A program made the position numbers and the translations under genes. A stretch of DNA of 64,000 bases from positions 32,001 through 96,000 of the forward strand of contig CAVRJM010000001.1 of NCBI GenBank assembly GCA_963722075.1, written 5' to 3'. This document shows, one piece after another, positions 17,993 to 28,700 of the stretch (the first letter of the stretch is position 1; each line of letters starts with the position of its first letter). This DNA is from Candidatus Babeliales bacterium (GTDB lineage: Bacteria; Babelota; Babeliae; Babelales; JANWKD01). The notes beneath the pieces were generated by a model, which saw only the letters and a program-made list of their open reading frames with translations, made no database searches and was not told the origin of the DNA.

Positions 17993-20797
17993 GTGCAGAC
18001 GCTTACTATTGAAATTGATTTATCAAAAGATAGTCAGCAAAATCTAAACGAGTTATTTAGTATTCTTCCTGAAGAATTTTTTTTAAAGAAATTAGATTTT
18101 AAATCAGATACGTATATCAGCGATTCTGAAAAAAGCTATTTATTGGGTTTTAAGGAAGAATCTTGCGTTACTAAGCAGACACTGATTAATACCTGTTCGT
18201 ATTTTAAAATAAAAAATAAATTCTCAATAATAAAATTAAACTTTACCGTTATAGAAAATGAGTATTGCTTACTAATGGAAACAATAGGGTTATGGACCTT
18301 TAATAAAGTAGTTATTAAAGGGTTAATGCGTAATGCAGAAAAATATAAACAGCTTTATTTAATGGAATATGGTGAGCCTTTTAATATTAATAAGCATCAC
18401 CATTCAATAGAAAAAATTAAAGAAATATTCCAAGAAGAAGGATTCTTTAATGCAAAAATATATGATTATTTACAATATGATGCTACTACCAAAGCAGTGT
18501 TAGTAACCTTAGTGATAGAAAAAGAACACCAATTTACCATTCAAGATGTTATAATAACCATTCAAGCCGAAGATATAAAACTTAATCAATTACTGCTTAA
18601 AAAACTACAAAGACTTTTTACGCCACGCCTCAAGAAAAATTATTATCATCAATCGTTGATTAATAATGAAACACAATTTTTAAAACAATATTTAGCAAAA
18701 AAAGGATTTTTAAATTCTATCATTAAATTGGGTAAAGAGTTTGATTATAATAATAGCATGGTGAAGCTAAACTTTCATTTAACGCTTAATCAAAAAAAAA
18801 CGATCTCATTTTTTGGTAATCATTTTTATTCTAATAAGGAGCTGTTTGATCTATTTTTTGCTTTTGGTCGTTCAGCGGCTTTATTACCTAATTCATTTAT
18901 ATGCCAAGAAATAATAGGGGCATATCAAAAAAAAGGGTTTTGGAACATTGAGGTAAATAGTAAAGAAGAGAAAAATAGAACTTTTTTTTTAATAAATGAA
19001 GGGCAACGCAGTACTATCACTGCTGTTGAAGTGGAAGGGGCGCCACATAGTAATCAATCCGTATTAAAAAATGCCATTCGCCAGGTTAAAAAAGAGCCTT
19101 TTGATGAAGAAGTAGTGCGCATTGCATTGCAAAAAATTGTTAATGCATATTTAAAAGAAGGTTTTTTTGATATAAAAATTCAAAAACAAGAATATATCCC
19201 AACTGAAGAATCAGGTTGTTATAAGTTGCTGCTTATTTTTAATGAAGGGATACAGCGATTTATTGAAAAAGTAACGATTGATCAATTTCCAGAGCTTATA
19301 GATCAGGGCCCTTTTGCTTTAATTACGGCGCAGCAAACAATGCCTTTTGATATCAATCAAATTCAAGTACAACGGCAATGGTTAATAGATTATTTTCATA
19401 AGCAAGGATTTTTGTATGTTGAGCCGGCGCATACCCTTACTTATGAAGGCAATAAGGCTGCCATATCATGGCATGTTGATGGTATACAACAAAAGGTTAC
19501 TTTTGGAAAAACTATTATTTTAGGCGTTACTAAATTTCCTTTTGAATATATTAGAAGAGAACTTGCTTTTAATGAAGGCGATTTGTGGCAAAAAGAGAAG
19601 TTAGAAAAGTCGTTAGATCAATTACGTCGCTTAGGAATTTTTGAGAGCATTTATATTTATCCCTATAACATTTCGCAGCGTGAACAAGAAAAAACTATCA
19701 TCATAAAAGTACAAGAAGATGATCCGTTTGAAGTTCGATTTCGCATGGGCTTTCAGCAAGTAAGTAAAACGTTATTAGAATTCAGAAAAGGAACTACGTA
19801 CAAAATCGGGAGCACGTTCTTATATAAAAATCCTTTTAATGTAGCAGACCGATTTAGTATTGATCTGGATTTTACGCGCTTTTATAGAAATGTTTCAATT
19901 GAATATAAGCGCCCTTGGTTTTTTTCTTTGCCGATTAATACGGTATTAAAGGGCTATAGTAATAAATATATCCAACCGGTTGTTATGGGAAGTGATAAAC
20001 GGTTGTATCAAGCAGTGCAACAAGGGTTTTTAATCAGTATTAATCAGTGTTGTAATTACTTAAATTACGGCTGCAATCTTGGACTGGAAATTATGGAAAC
20101 TAATGATCTTTCATTGGAAATGGCTCGTGCAATTAATTTCATTACCTCATTGGTTGATAAACAAGTACCGTACCTTTATACGGAACCAAATTTAGTCGTT
20201 GATTATTTAGATAATGATGTAAATCCCAGTTACGGGTCATTATCAGTAATTTCTTGTAAAATAATGGTGCCGTTGCGCAGTATTAGTACCACTTATTTTA
20301 AATGTTTATTAGAACAAGTCGTTTTTTTCCCTATACGTTTTTTGTGGTCAACCGTGGGAATTCGTTTTAAATTAGGACATATTTTCAACCGAGAATTTAG
20401 CAATATTATGCCCCCTGACCGCTTTTTTTTAGGAGGGCAAAACTCATTACGCAGTTATGAACCAGATAAGGGGCCACCGCTGGGGAGTTTTACTGAAAAA
20501 GATGGCAAAAGAATTTTGGTACCTCAAGGGGGCAGAACCATGGTTAATTGTAATGTAGAATTACGCTTTCCGTTATTTTGGAATATTGGTGGGGTTATTT
20601 TTCAAGATTTAGGCTTATTAGCGCAGCATTCAATTACCGAAGTAATCAAAAGCCACTTATTAGCCGGAACGGGATTTGGCTTGCGCTATTATACCCCGGT
20701 GGGGCCGCTCAGGTTTGATATTGGGTGGAAATGGAAAAAATTCAATCTGGAGGAATCGCGCTATGCCTGGTTTTTGACATTGGGCCATGCCTTTTAG
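17993..20797 (+). CDS. Omp85-family (TamA/BamA) outer-membrane assembly protein with POTRA domains
   Basis: RFFLGGQNSLRSY, GFGLRYYTPVGPLRFDIG, C-terminal LGHAF; signal peptide appears in another frame from GTG 17877. Confidence 0.9.
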   Translation: MQTLTIEIDLSKDSQQNLNELFSILPEEFFLKKLDFKSDTYISDSEKSYLLGFKEESCVTKQTLINTCSYFKIKNKFSIIKLNFTVIENEYCLLMETIGLWTFNKVVIKGLMRNAEKYKQLYLMEYGEPFNINKHHHSIEKIKEIFQEEGFFNAKIYDYLQYDATTKAVLVTLVIEKEHQFTIQDVIITIQAEDIKLNQLLLKKLQRLFTPRLKKNYYHQSLINNETQFLKQYLAKKGFLNSIIKLGKEFDYNNSMVKLNFHLTLNQKKTISFFGNHFYSNKELFDLFFAFGRSAALLPNSFICQEIIGAYQKKGFWNIEVNSKEEKNRTFFLINEGQRSTITAVEVEGAPHSNQSVLKNAIRQVKKEPFDEEVVRIALQKIVNAYLKEGFFDIKIQKQEYIPTEESGCYKLLLIFNEGIQRFIEKVTIDQFPELIDQGPFALITAQQTMPFDINQIQVQRQWLIDYFHKQGFLYVEPAHTLTYEGNKAAISWHVDGIQQKVTFGKTIILGVTKFPFEYIRRELAFNEGDLWQKEKLEKSLDQLRRLGIFESIYIYPYNISQREQEKTIIIKVQEDDPFEVRFRMGFQQVSKTLLEFRKGTTYKIGSTFLYKNPFNVADRFSIDLDFTRFYRNVSIEYKRPWFFSLPINTVLKGYSNKYIQPVVMGSDKRLYQAVQQGFLISINQCCNYLNYGCNLGLEIMETNDLSLEMARAINFITSLVDKQVPYLYTEPNLVVDYLDNDVNPSYGSLSVISCKIMVPLRSISTTYFKCLLEQVVFFPIRFLWSTVGIRFKLGHIFNREFSNIMPPDRFFLGGQNSLRSYEPDKGPPLGSFTEKDGKRILVPQGGRTMVNCNVELRFPLFWNIGGVIFQDLGLLAQHSITEVIKSHLLAGTGFGLRYYTPVGPLRFDIGWKWKKFNLEESRYAWFLTLGHAF

Positions 20798-20954
20798 CGA
20801 TATATTAATTGCCCTATGCGCTTACTTTGCCTCTAGCCTAGAAAAATTGTAATAAGATATTATGTGGTAAAATATGGTAGTTTTTGATTTATTTTGAAAA
20901 AAATTTATAGTTAAAATTAAGGTATTTTATAGTAAATGGTTAGGAATAAGTTAT

Positions 20955-21686
20955 ATGGATAATCATTCAGAGCATAATTGTACGGCTCATGGGAAGCAAA
21001 ATGGCCTTATTATGGGGGAATTGCTGCACCACTTTCCTTATGCAGTTTTTTCGGTAGCATTCGGTCTTATTATTTTAAGCTTTTTAGATGTTTTAGGGTT
21101 AGATGGGGGTGGCTGCCATGGTGACCATCATCATATGCATGGTGCTCATCTGCTATTTCATAGCTTGCACTTCTTGCATATTATTTTTGCCATTACCGGG
21201 TGTTTAGTTACCTTTTCTCGGTTTTCTTCTAATATAGTGAAAGGCGTTATTGTTGCGCTTTTTTCATCATTCTTTTTTTGTACATTATCAGATGTCATTC
21301 TACCGTACCTATCAGGAACATTATTAGGGGTTACGATGAATTTTCATATCTGCTTGATTTCAGAATTTTATAATGTAATCCCCTTTTATATAATCGGCTT
21401 AGTTAATGGACTGATTATGAGTAAGCATGCCTCTGGCATTAAAAGCTTTTATTCAATAGGATCACATTTTGGTCACATTTTAATTAGCTCGCTTGCTTCA
21501 TTATTCTATTTGATCTCTGAAGGATTTGCTAATTGGTACCCACATATGGGACTTTTATTTTTATTTTTAATTATAGCAGTAGTGATTCCTTGTACCTTAG
21601 CAGATGTTATTGTTCCAATCTTTTTTGCGCGTTCGAGAAAGAATAATGAAAAGTATCAGACTTCAGAATATCAAAAAGTCATATAA
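20955..21686 (+). CDS. His-rich multi-pass membrane protein
   Basis: About 6 TM segments, CHGDHHHMHGAH loop, repeated CTL(S/A)D. Confidence 0.7.
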   Translation: MDNHSEHNCTAHGKQNGLIMGELLHHFPYAVFSVAFGLIILSFLDVLGLDGGGCHGDHHHMHGAHLLFHSLHFLHIIFAITGCLVTFSRFSSNIVKGVIVALFSSFFFCTLSDVILPYLSGTLLGVTMNFHICLISEFYNVIPFYIIGLVNGLIMSKHASGIKSFYSIGSHFGHILISSLASLFYLISEGFANWYPHMGLLFLFLIIAVVIPCTLADVIVPIFFARSRKNNEKYQTSEYQKVI

Positions 21687-22737
21687 TGGGCATACCATTT
21701 TAGACAACCTTAACTTGACTATCCCTGCAGGTCAGTTTTTTGCATTGTTGGGACCGAGCGGCTGTGGTAAAACAACTATTTTGCGATTAATCGCTGGTTT
21801 TGAAGCGGTAGATAGCGGCCATATTTTTTTAGGTGATGAAGAAATAACCCATTTACCTATTAATAAGCGTCCGGTTAATACCGTTTTTCAGACGTATGCA
21901 CTATTTCCTGATTTAAATGTCTTTGAAAATGTTGCTTATAGCCAACGAATTAAGGGATTACCACGTACCGTTATCCAGCAAAAAGTAATGCGTGTGCTTA
22001 CGGCGACACATTTAGAAAATCATGCCTACAAAGACATTGACCAACTATCTGGTGGCCAAAAACAGCGGGTAGCTCTAGCACGTGCTCTTATTAATGAACC
22101 GGAAGTATTGCTTCTTGATGAGCCGCTGACTGCGCTTGATTTGAGATTGCGTGAACGTATTTTGGTTGAGCTTATAGATTTGCAAGATAAATTACAAACA
22201 ACCTTTTTATATGTTACTCATGATCAATCTGAAGCATTAGCAGTAGCAGATCAAATGGCTATTATGAATCAACATGGGGGAATTGAACAAATTGGAACAC
22301 CTAAAGAAATTTATGAATTACCGGTGTCTACCTACGTAGCTAAATTTGTGGGGATGACTAACATCTTCAAAGGAAGCTTAAAGGAAGAAAATAATAAATT
22401 CTTTTTAGATATTCCCGGGCTACACTCAGTACAAGTATGGTTTTCTGAAAGAAAGCCATGGATAAAAGAATCAAATGATTTGTATTTAAATTTAAGGCCA
22501 GAAAAAATACTTATTAGCATTAAAGAGACAGCGGGTTTTTCAAATAATTTAAAAGGTATAGTGGAATCCATTGTCTATCAAGGCCGTTCAACTCAATATA
22601 ATGTTCGACTTGATAATGGTATGCTGGTACATGTTTTTGAACAAAATGAGGAACATTTTGTGCGTGATAGTATCGATTATGGTATGAGCGTATATTTATA
22701 TTGGCAAAAAGAGAACGCTATTTTATTAGAAAAATGA
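21646..22737 (+). CDS. potA: Spermidine/putrescine ABC transporter ATPase
   Basis: GPSGCGKT, RPVNTVFQ, LSGGQKQR, LLLDEP. Confidence 0.93.
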   Translation: MKSIRLQNIKKSYNGHTILDNLNLTIPAGQFFALLGPSGCGKTTILRLIAGFEAVDSGHIFLGDEEITHLPINKRPVNTVFQTYALFPDLNVFENVAYSQRIKGLPRTVIQQKVMRVLTATHLENHAYKDIDQLSGGQKQRVALARALINEPEVLLLDEPLTALDLRLRERILVELIDLQDKLQTTFLYVTHDQSEALAVADQMAIMNQHGGIEQIGTPKEIYELPVSTYVAKFVGMTNIFKGSLKEENNKFFLDIPGLHSVQVWFSERKPWIKESNDLYLNLRPEKILISIKETAGFSNNLKGIVESIVYQGRSTQYNVRLDNGMLVHVFEQNEEHFVRDSIDYGMSVYLYWQKENAILLEK

Positions 22738-22738
22738 T

Positions 22739-23632
22739 ATGAAGCAAAAAATAAAAATTATTTTTAATCGCGAATCATATTTTTTTAAAACGGCACCGGC
22801 GTTTGTGTGGCAATTGTTATTTTTCTTGATACCAATTGCTTTTTTATTAGCTCTCAGCTTTATACAATCTGATAGTAATTCATGGTGGGGATATTCTTTA
22901 ACCATGGCTCATTATGAACAATTACTATCGTTTGATTATGTAAAAATTATCATACGTTCTTTTTTTATGGCATTAATTACGGCACTGCTCTGTTTATTTG
23001 TTGGCTATCCACTAACATATTATATTGCATTAAAGAAGCGTGCATGGAAAAATATTTTTTTATTTTTTTTAGTGCTGCCGTTTGTAACTAACTTATTAGT
23101 ACTGACCTATGCATGGAATTTTGTGCTTGATAAAGATGGTTTATTAAATCAGCTATTATTATTTTTGCATCTGATTGCTGAGCCACTACCATTATTAAAT
23201 AATTATTTTGCAATATTACTCGTAATGTTTTATTGCTATTTACCATTTATGATTATGCCGCTTTTTGCTAGTTTAGAAAAATTTGATCGCACCTTAATAG
23301 AAGCATCACATGATCTAGGGGCAACGCAAACACAAACATTTTTTAAAATAATTTTACCCATGACCTGGCCAGCTATACAAACGGGGATGTTACTTGTTTT
23401 TATTCCGGCATTTGGCGAATTTGTTATCCCTCTATTAATGGGAGGCGATAAATATATGTTTGTGGGAAGCGTTATATCACATTACTTTTTTGTAGGTCAA
23501 GATCGACCAGTTGGTGCAGCATTTACGTTATTAGTGAGCGTATTGATGTGTGCATTTATAGTATTTTATTTATTCTTCTTTTCAAGCAAAAGGCCTAAAA
23601 GAAGGGGGCAGGCATATGATAAAATATCTTAG
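22739..23632 (+). CDS. potB: Polyamine ABC permease
   Basis: YLPFMIMPL...LIEASHDLGA. Confidence 0.9.
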   Translation: MKQKIKIIFNRESYFFKTAPAFVWQLLFFLIPIAFLLALSFIQSDSNSWWGYSLTMAHYEQLLSFDYVKIIIRSFFMALITALLCLFVGYPLTYYIALKKRAWKNIFLFFLVLPFVTNLLVLTYAWNFVLDKDGLLNQLLLFLHLIAEPLPLLNNYFAILLVMFYCYLPFMIMPLFASLEKFDRTLIEASHDLGATQTQTFFKIILPMTWPAIQTGMLLVFIPAFGEFVIPLLMGGDKYMFVGSVISHYFFVGQDRPVGAAFTLLVSVLMCAFIVFYLFFFSSKRPKRRGQAYDKIS

Positions 23633-24401
23633 ATCTATTTTTGCATCCTACTATGGATTATTTATTGCATTAACATTTCTTTTTATCTATATACCAATTT
23701 TCATTTTAATACTTTTTTCATTTAATAAGGTTGCATATCCGTATCGATGGGTTGGCTTTTCAATACACTGGTATCAACAACTTATGCAATCTGAAGAGAT
23801 TTGGCATGTGGTAAAAAATTCTTTTATTGTTGCGGTGAGTTCAGTATTTTTGAGTGTTATGATGGGAACCTTATTGGTGTTTTATACGGCAGGTAGTCGC
23901 TTACGCTACGCGCTTTCCATTTTTTATACTAATTTACTGCTACCTGAAATAATAGTAGCCGTTTCACTGTTATCATTTTTTATATTATGTGATATTCCTA
24001 CGGGGCTTATGACGCTTATTGCCGGGCATACGGTACTGGGGCTTGCGTATGTAGTGCCTATTTTATCAGCACGGCTTGCTGAAATGGATCCCTCTTTAAT
24101 TGAGGCTTCCTTGGATTTGGGGGCAACTATTAATCAGACATTCTATCGAATTATTATTCCGTTTTTATTTCCTGCACTAATAGCAGCAGGATTATTAGTC
24201 TTTGTTATATCTTTTGATGATTTTTTAATTGCTTTTTTTTGTGCCGGAACTGAATCACAAACATTACCACTTTATATTTTTGCAACAATACGTACCGGTA
24301 TCTCACCGTACTTGAATGCACTCTCAACCGTTTTATTGGTCTTGAGTAGTTTGTTTGTTTTGGTTTTTTGTTGGTTGCAAGCAAAAATACGGGTTTTTTA
24401 A
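23616..24401 (+). CDS. potC: Polyamine ABC permease
   Basis: LFSFN, LIEASLDLGA, SFDDF, TLPLYI. Confidence 0.9.
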   Translation: MIKYLRSIFASYYGLFIALTFLFIYIPIFILILFSFNKVAYPYRWVGFSIHWYQQLMQSEEIWHVVKNSFIVAVSSVFLSVMMGTLLVFYTAGSRLRYALSIFYTNLLLPEIIVAVSLLSFFILCDIPTGLMTLIAGHTVLGLAYVVPILSARLAEMDPSLIEASLDLGATINQTFYRIIIPFLFPALIAAGLLVFVISFDDFLIAFFCAGTESQTLPLYIFATIRTGISPYLNALSTVLLVLSSLFVLVFCWLQAKIRVF

Positions 24402-24402
24402 T

Positions 24403-25476
24403 ATGCCTACAAATTTTTTCAAAAGTCTCTTTATAAAAATAGGTATTATATTTTTTTGGGCCATCCTTTTTTTGTTTGTTTTGTATGTACCCAAGTTTTT
24501 TAAGCATATCCATTCACGCAATTCTATCAATATTGCAACATGGACGGATATGATTGATGAAACAATGATTAAACAATTTGAAAAAAAGACCGGCATCAAG
24601 GTTAATTTAAGTTATTTTGATAATAATGATGAGCTTTTAATTAAAATTCGAGCAACCAAAGGCAAAGGGTATGATCTTATTATTCCTTCTGATTATACCG
24701 TACAAACACTTATTAAAGAACAGTTATTAAAACCATTTGATAAAACAAAAATTACCGTTTGGGATCGTATTAATCCACGTTTATTGGGTGCTTATTTTGA
24801 TCCAGAAAACCACTATTCAATTCCTTATTACTGGGGAATTTATGGCATTGGTATTAATACCGATTTGGTTTCTTTGCATAAAAATGATATTTCATGGGAT
24901 CTTATTTTTAAGCCGTATAATACGTACACAATTTCTATGCTCGATAGCCCACGAGAAGCAATTTTATTAACGGCGTATTATTTATTTCATTCGATACATA
25001 ATCTTGATGCTGGTAAAATTCAGCAGGTAAAAGAGCTACTAATTAAGCAAAAAAAATGGGTTGAAGCATATACTGAATTTCGTGCTGATTATTTATTATT
25101 ATCGCAAACGTGTCCGCTGGTGGTTACCACATCGCCTTTAATGTTTAGACTTATGAACACGCAAAAAAATGTTAATTTTTCTCTGCCAAAAGAAGGCACC
25201 TTTACCGTAACCGATAACTGGGTTATTCCTGCAGCAAGTGACAAGGAATTATTAACCTATCAATTTATTAATTTTATCTATCAACCAGAAGTGATTGCAT
25301 ATCATTTTGATATTTTTAGTTTTATTCCAGCAACTATTGATATCGAATTACTTTTATCTGATTATCCTGCCATATACGATGCTCATACCAATAATGAATA
25401 TCATTTAGAATATTTTGAAAATGTATTATCAAAGGACGTGCTTAATAGCGTATGGATCGCGTTGAAGGCAAGATAA
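24403..25476 (+). CDS. potD: Polyamine ABC substrate-binding protein
   Basis: FEKKTGIKV, YDLIIPSDY, SIPYYWG, PKEG. Confidence 0.9.
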   Translation: MPTNFFKSLFIKIGIIFFWAILFLFVLYVPKFFKHIHSRNSINIATWTDMIDETMIKQFEKKTGIKVNLSYFDNNDELLIKIRATKGKGYDLIIPSDYTVQTLIKEQLLKPFDKTKITVWDRINPRLLGAYFDPENHYSIPYYWGIYGIGINTDLVSLHKNDISWDLIFKPYNTYTISMLDSPREAILLTAYYLFHSIHNLDAGKIQQVKELLIKQKKWVEAYTEFRADYLLLSQTCPLVVTTSPLMFRLMNTQKNVNFSLPKEGTFTVTDNWVIPAASDKELLTYQFINFIYQPEVIAYHFDIFSFIPATIDIELLLSDYPAIYDAHTNNEYHLEYFENVLSKDVLNSVWIALKAR

Positions 25477-25487
25477 ATAAGAAAATC

Positions 25488-25516
25488 TTGACATTTGTCG
25501 TTGGCATTTTAATACT
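25488..25516 (+). promoter_or_regulatory. sigma70-like promoter for the 1471-aa gene
   Basis: TTGACA-N17-AATACT about 220 nt upstream of ATG 25735. Confidence 0.5.
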
Positions 25517-25734
25517 AGTGCCATGCAATTTTGTTAATTTTGCGAGCGTTAATAAGGTGTTAAAAATTGATAATATATCCTCAAAAATGCGTGGAGGTGC
25601 CTCGAATAAAAAGTAACAATTAAAAGGTATGGTAGTAAGAGCGCTTATCCTTTCTAATGAAGCATCATATCTCTTTTTATCATAGTAGGCCTTAAACAAA
25701 AACTAATTTAACTCATAAAAAAAGGAAGAAGAAT

Positions 25735-28700
25735 ATGAGAAAAAATGTTCTCTTGCATTGTTTAGCATTAATTTTTCTAGTGGGCCTGAGTATCAGCGGA
25801 CCACGATTATATGCAGCACCGTGTGGTACAACGGTAAACTGGCATAATTTAAGTGATACTGGCTGTGGATCAGGCACTACTGATCCTGGTATCACCATGA
25901 ATGTTATTGACCAAAATATTGATGTAATAGGAACAAATGCGCTTGTTGGCGGCATTCATGTTGAAGCGCGCACCTGCGATATTACTATTTCAGTGACCAA
26001 TGGGGATGCAATTATTACCGGAACGGGTAATCGTTGTGATGGTGTTTCTACTGCGCCGGCAATGTTATATCTTTTTGCTGCACTTGGGCGTACCATTAGT
26101 TTCAATCTAGAAAATAATTTAGCATTTACTGGTACAGCATCTAACGGCGTTCCGCTTGATTTATTAGTAACAGCGTCTGGTGGTGGTACTATACAATTTA
26201 TTCTTCATGATGGTAAATCGGTTAGCTTTACGGCGCTCAATGCAGGGGATGGTGGCACATTCTTTATAGAGGGAATGACAACCCCACCTACAACTACTGT
26301 TATTTTTGAAAATTCGTCATTTGTGACAACAAGTCATCATCATGCGCAAGTAATAGTAGGGCCGAGATCATTTATGGGGTTTGCTTCGCAAATAGGTGTT
26401 GGAAGCGCATTTGCAAGTTTGATATTTAAATCTTCACCATTCAGAGGATTACGATTAGTAATTGAGAATGGTGGCGGTCTTAATATTGCCGGCTTTGCAG
26501 CTGATTTAACATTGCCTGATTTCTCAATTGGAGATATTGACTTTAGTATGCCAACAAATGCGACACCAAATTTTGTAGTAGAATCCTTATTCCTAGGGGA
26601 TGGTGCGAAAATCCCTGGAGATGGTGCGAACGTACAAATTGTTAATAATAACCAACAGGATTGTCAGCAATTACTTTATAATCCATTCTGCCAAAGCACT
26701 CCTTATACCGGTGTACTATCTGGTTTCGTGTTAACAGCACCAAGTACTATTACGGTAAATGATCAATCATATATTGAATATATTGGTACGGCAACCAATA
26801 CGTGTTGTACCTTTACGCTTTATGATGAATGTGGTGTTCCTATGACGATGCAGCGGTTACGTAATGCATCTGCATTAATAGTGGATTCGCCAAGTATCGA
26901 TTTACCAGCATCTATTATTTTGAATGGATCATCAGCGTTCTATTTTGTTTCTGGGGTCAGTAATTGTGGTACAGTATCTTATGATTTTACCGTAAATACC
27001 AGCATATTAAGTGATTGTGCAGGAAACATCGTACTTGATGTTGCTGGACCGTTAAGCATTTTTGGTTCTTCACCAGATGAAACAACGGTAGAAATTCTTT
27101 CATTGCAGGTAGCTCCAACCGGATGCCCAGTAACGGTAGATTCCACGTTGTCAGATTCGAATTTCCCACGTCGTACGTTTGCTCGACAACCAGATGGCCA
27201 TTATGTTCAATATAATTTGGGTGCGTTTTTGATCAGTAGTCAGTTGAGTTTCTTTGATACTTCCTTAGATCATACTGATACCATTCACAAAGTATATGAA
27301 CATTTTAATTTAGGTAATCCAAACTTATTTTCGGAGCCAACCTATATTGGTAGTGATAGCTATTTATTCCCGTGTCATGCAGGTGAGCCGCGTCCAACCA
27401 TATCATTTGTAAATAGTAAATTCAGAGTTCACAATAGTGTTGCTTCAACGGGCGTAGATTTCCTGTTTCCTAATGAGGTTGATCTTGGTAATACCAGTTC
27501 CTTAATTTTCTATAATAACGGTTTCTGTATCGATAAAGGATACGGCCGTAATATGATTTTGGGAACAGATATTTGTTTTGAGCCCTGTATTACTACTACC
27601 GATATGGATTCACATTTGAATGTGTTCCAAACAAGTGCAGATGCTGGTGCCTCTAATTTAAATCTGTGGTTGATAACCGGGTTCAATACTAATTGCATTA
27701 CACAAGGTATTCCAAGCCAAGCAGCGATTGCAGGTCAAAATGCCGTACAGACTATTTTCCTTAACAATGGAAGTAACTTCTCAATTGGTACCAACGGATC
27801 AGTAGGTATTGATCCAACAACAGGTACACCATTTGTTTTAACTGTTACTGCTAACGTGCTCATTGATGGTTCCTATTATTCATTTGATACGCGTGGTGGT
27901 GTGCTTGCGTTCCCACAATCAGTAAGTACTACTGGTCAGGGTGGTATTTTCGTTGATATGCTCGGTGTACTTAGTTTACTTAATAATCGTATTGCAAGTT
28001 TTGGTACCATGGTAACCAAAAGCAGAAACGGTGTAGTAAATCTCCCAAGTAATCAAGCATTCTTTGAACCGCGTGTTGGTATTGCTGAATGGCAACCGAA
28101 TTTATCTGATCCAGTACAACGATTGTTAGTAGCCCCAGGCCAAAGCCTTTCTGATTATACCCTCGATTGGGGTGCTGCTATGAAAACCTATTGCTGTAAT
28201 GATTTTTGTGTGACCCCATACTGCTTTATACCATATACCATTGAAGAAGTTCCAGCACCATGCGCAGCGCCAGCAGTAACACAAAATAACTTAGTGAATT
28301 TACCAACGGTGCAAGGTGAAGTAGATCAAATGCAAATCCTACGTTCACGAATGGGTGATTTTGTTCACTTGCTTGTTGATGGTGGCTTTATTCGTGAGTT
28401 AATATTCTTACATGGCTTTAATACTGCTGAAGGTCCATTTGGCTTCATAGTAATGCAAAATGATAGTTTAGTAGGCCTTGGAACATCGCATAAAGATGTT
28501 GATTCTCTTGAAGCATCAATCGTGCTTGGCGTGAATGGTGTTATGTTGGTACCAAACGGTAATGCTAATATCGAATTAAATGAAGATATTATTATTAATA
28601 ACGTTTGTCATATTCTAAGTGGTACTGCATTTGGCCTGAATGGCCCGAATGTACTTTCAATTAGTTCTACAACGCCAAAAGAATTACGTATTAAATCAAC

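Noticed and set aside
25520..25734. Long leader as a possible riboswitch or ncRNA
   Set aside because: No recognisable aptamer or strong structure by eye; needs an Rfam search
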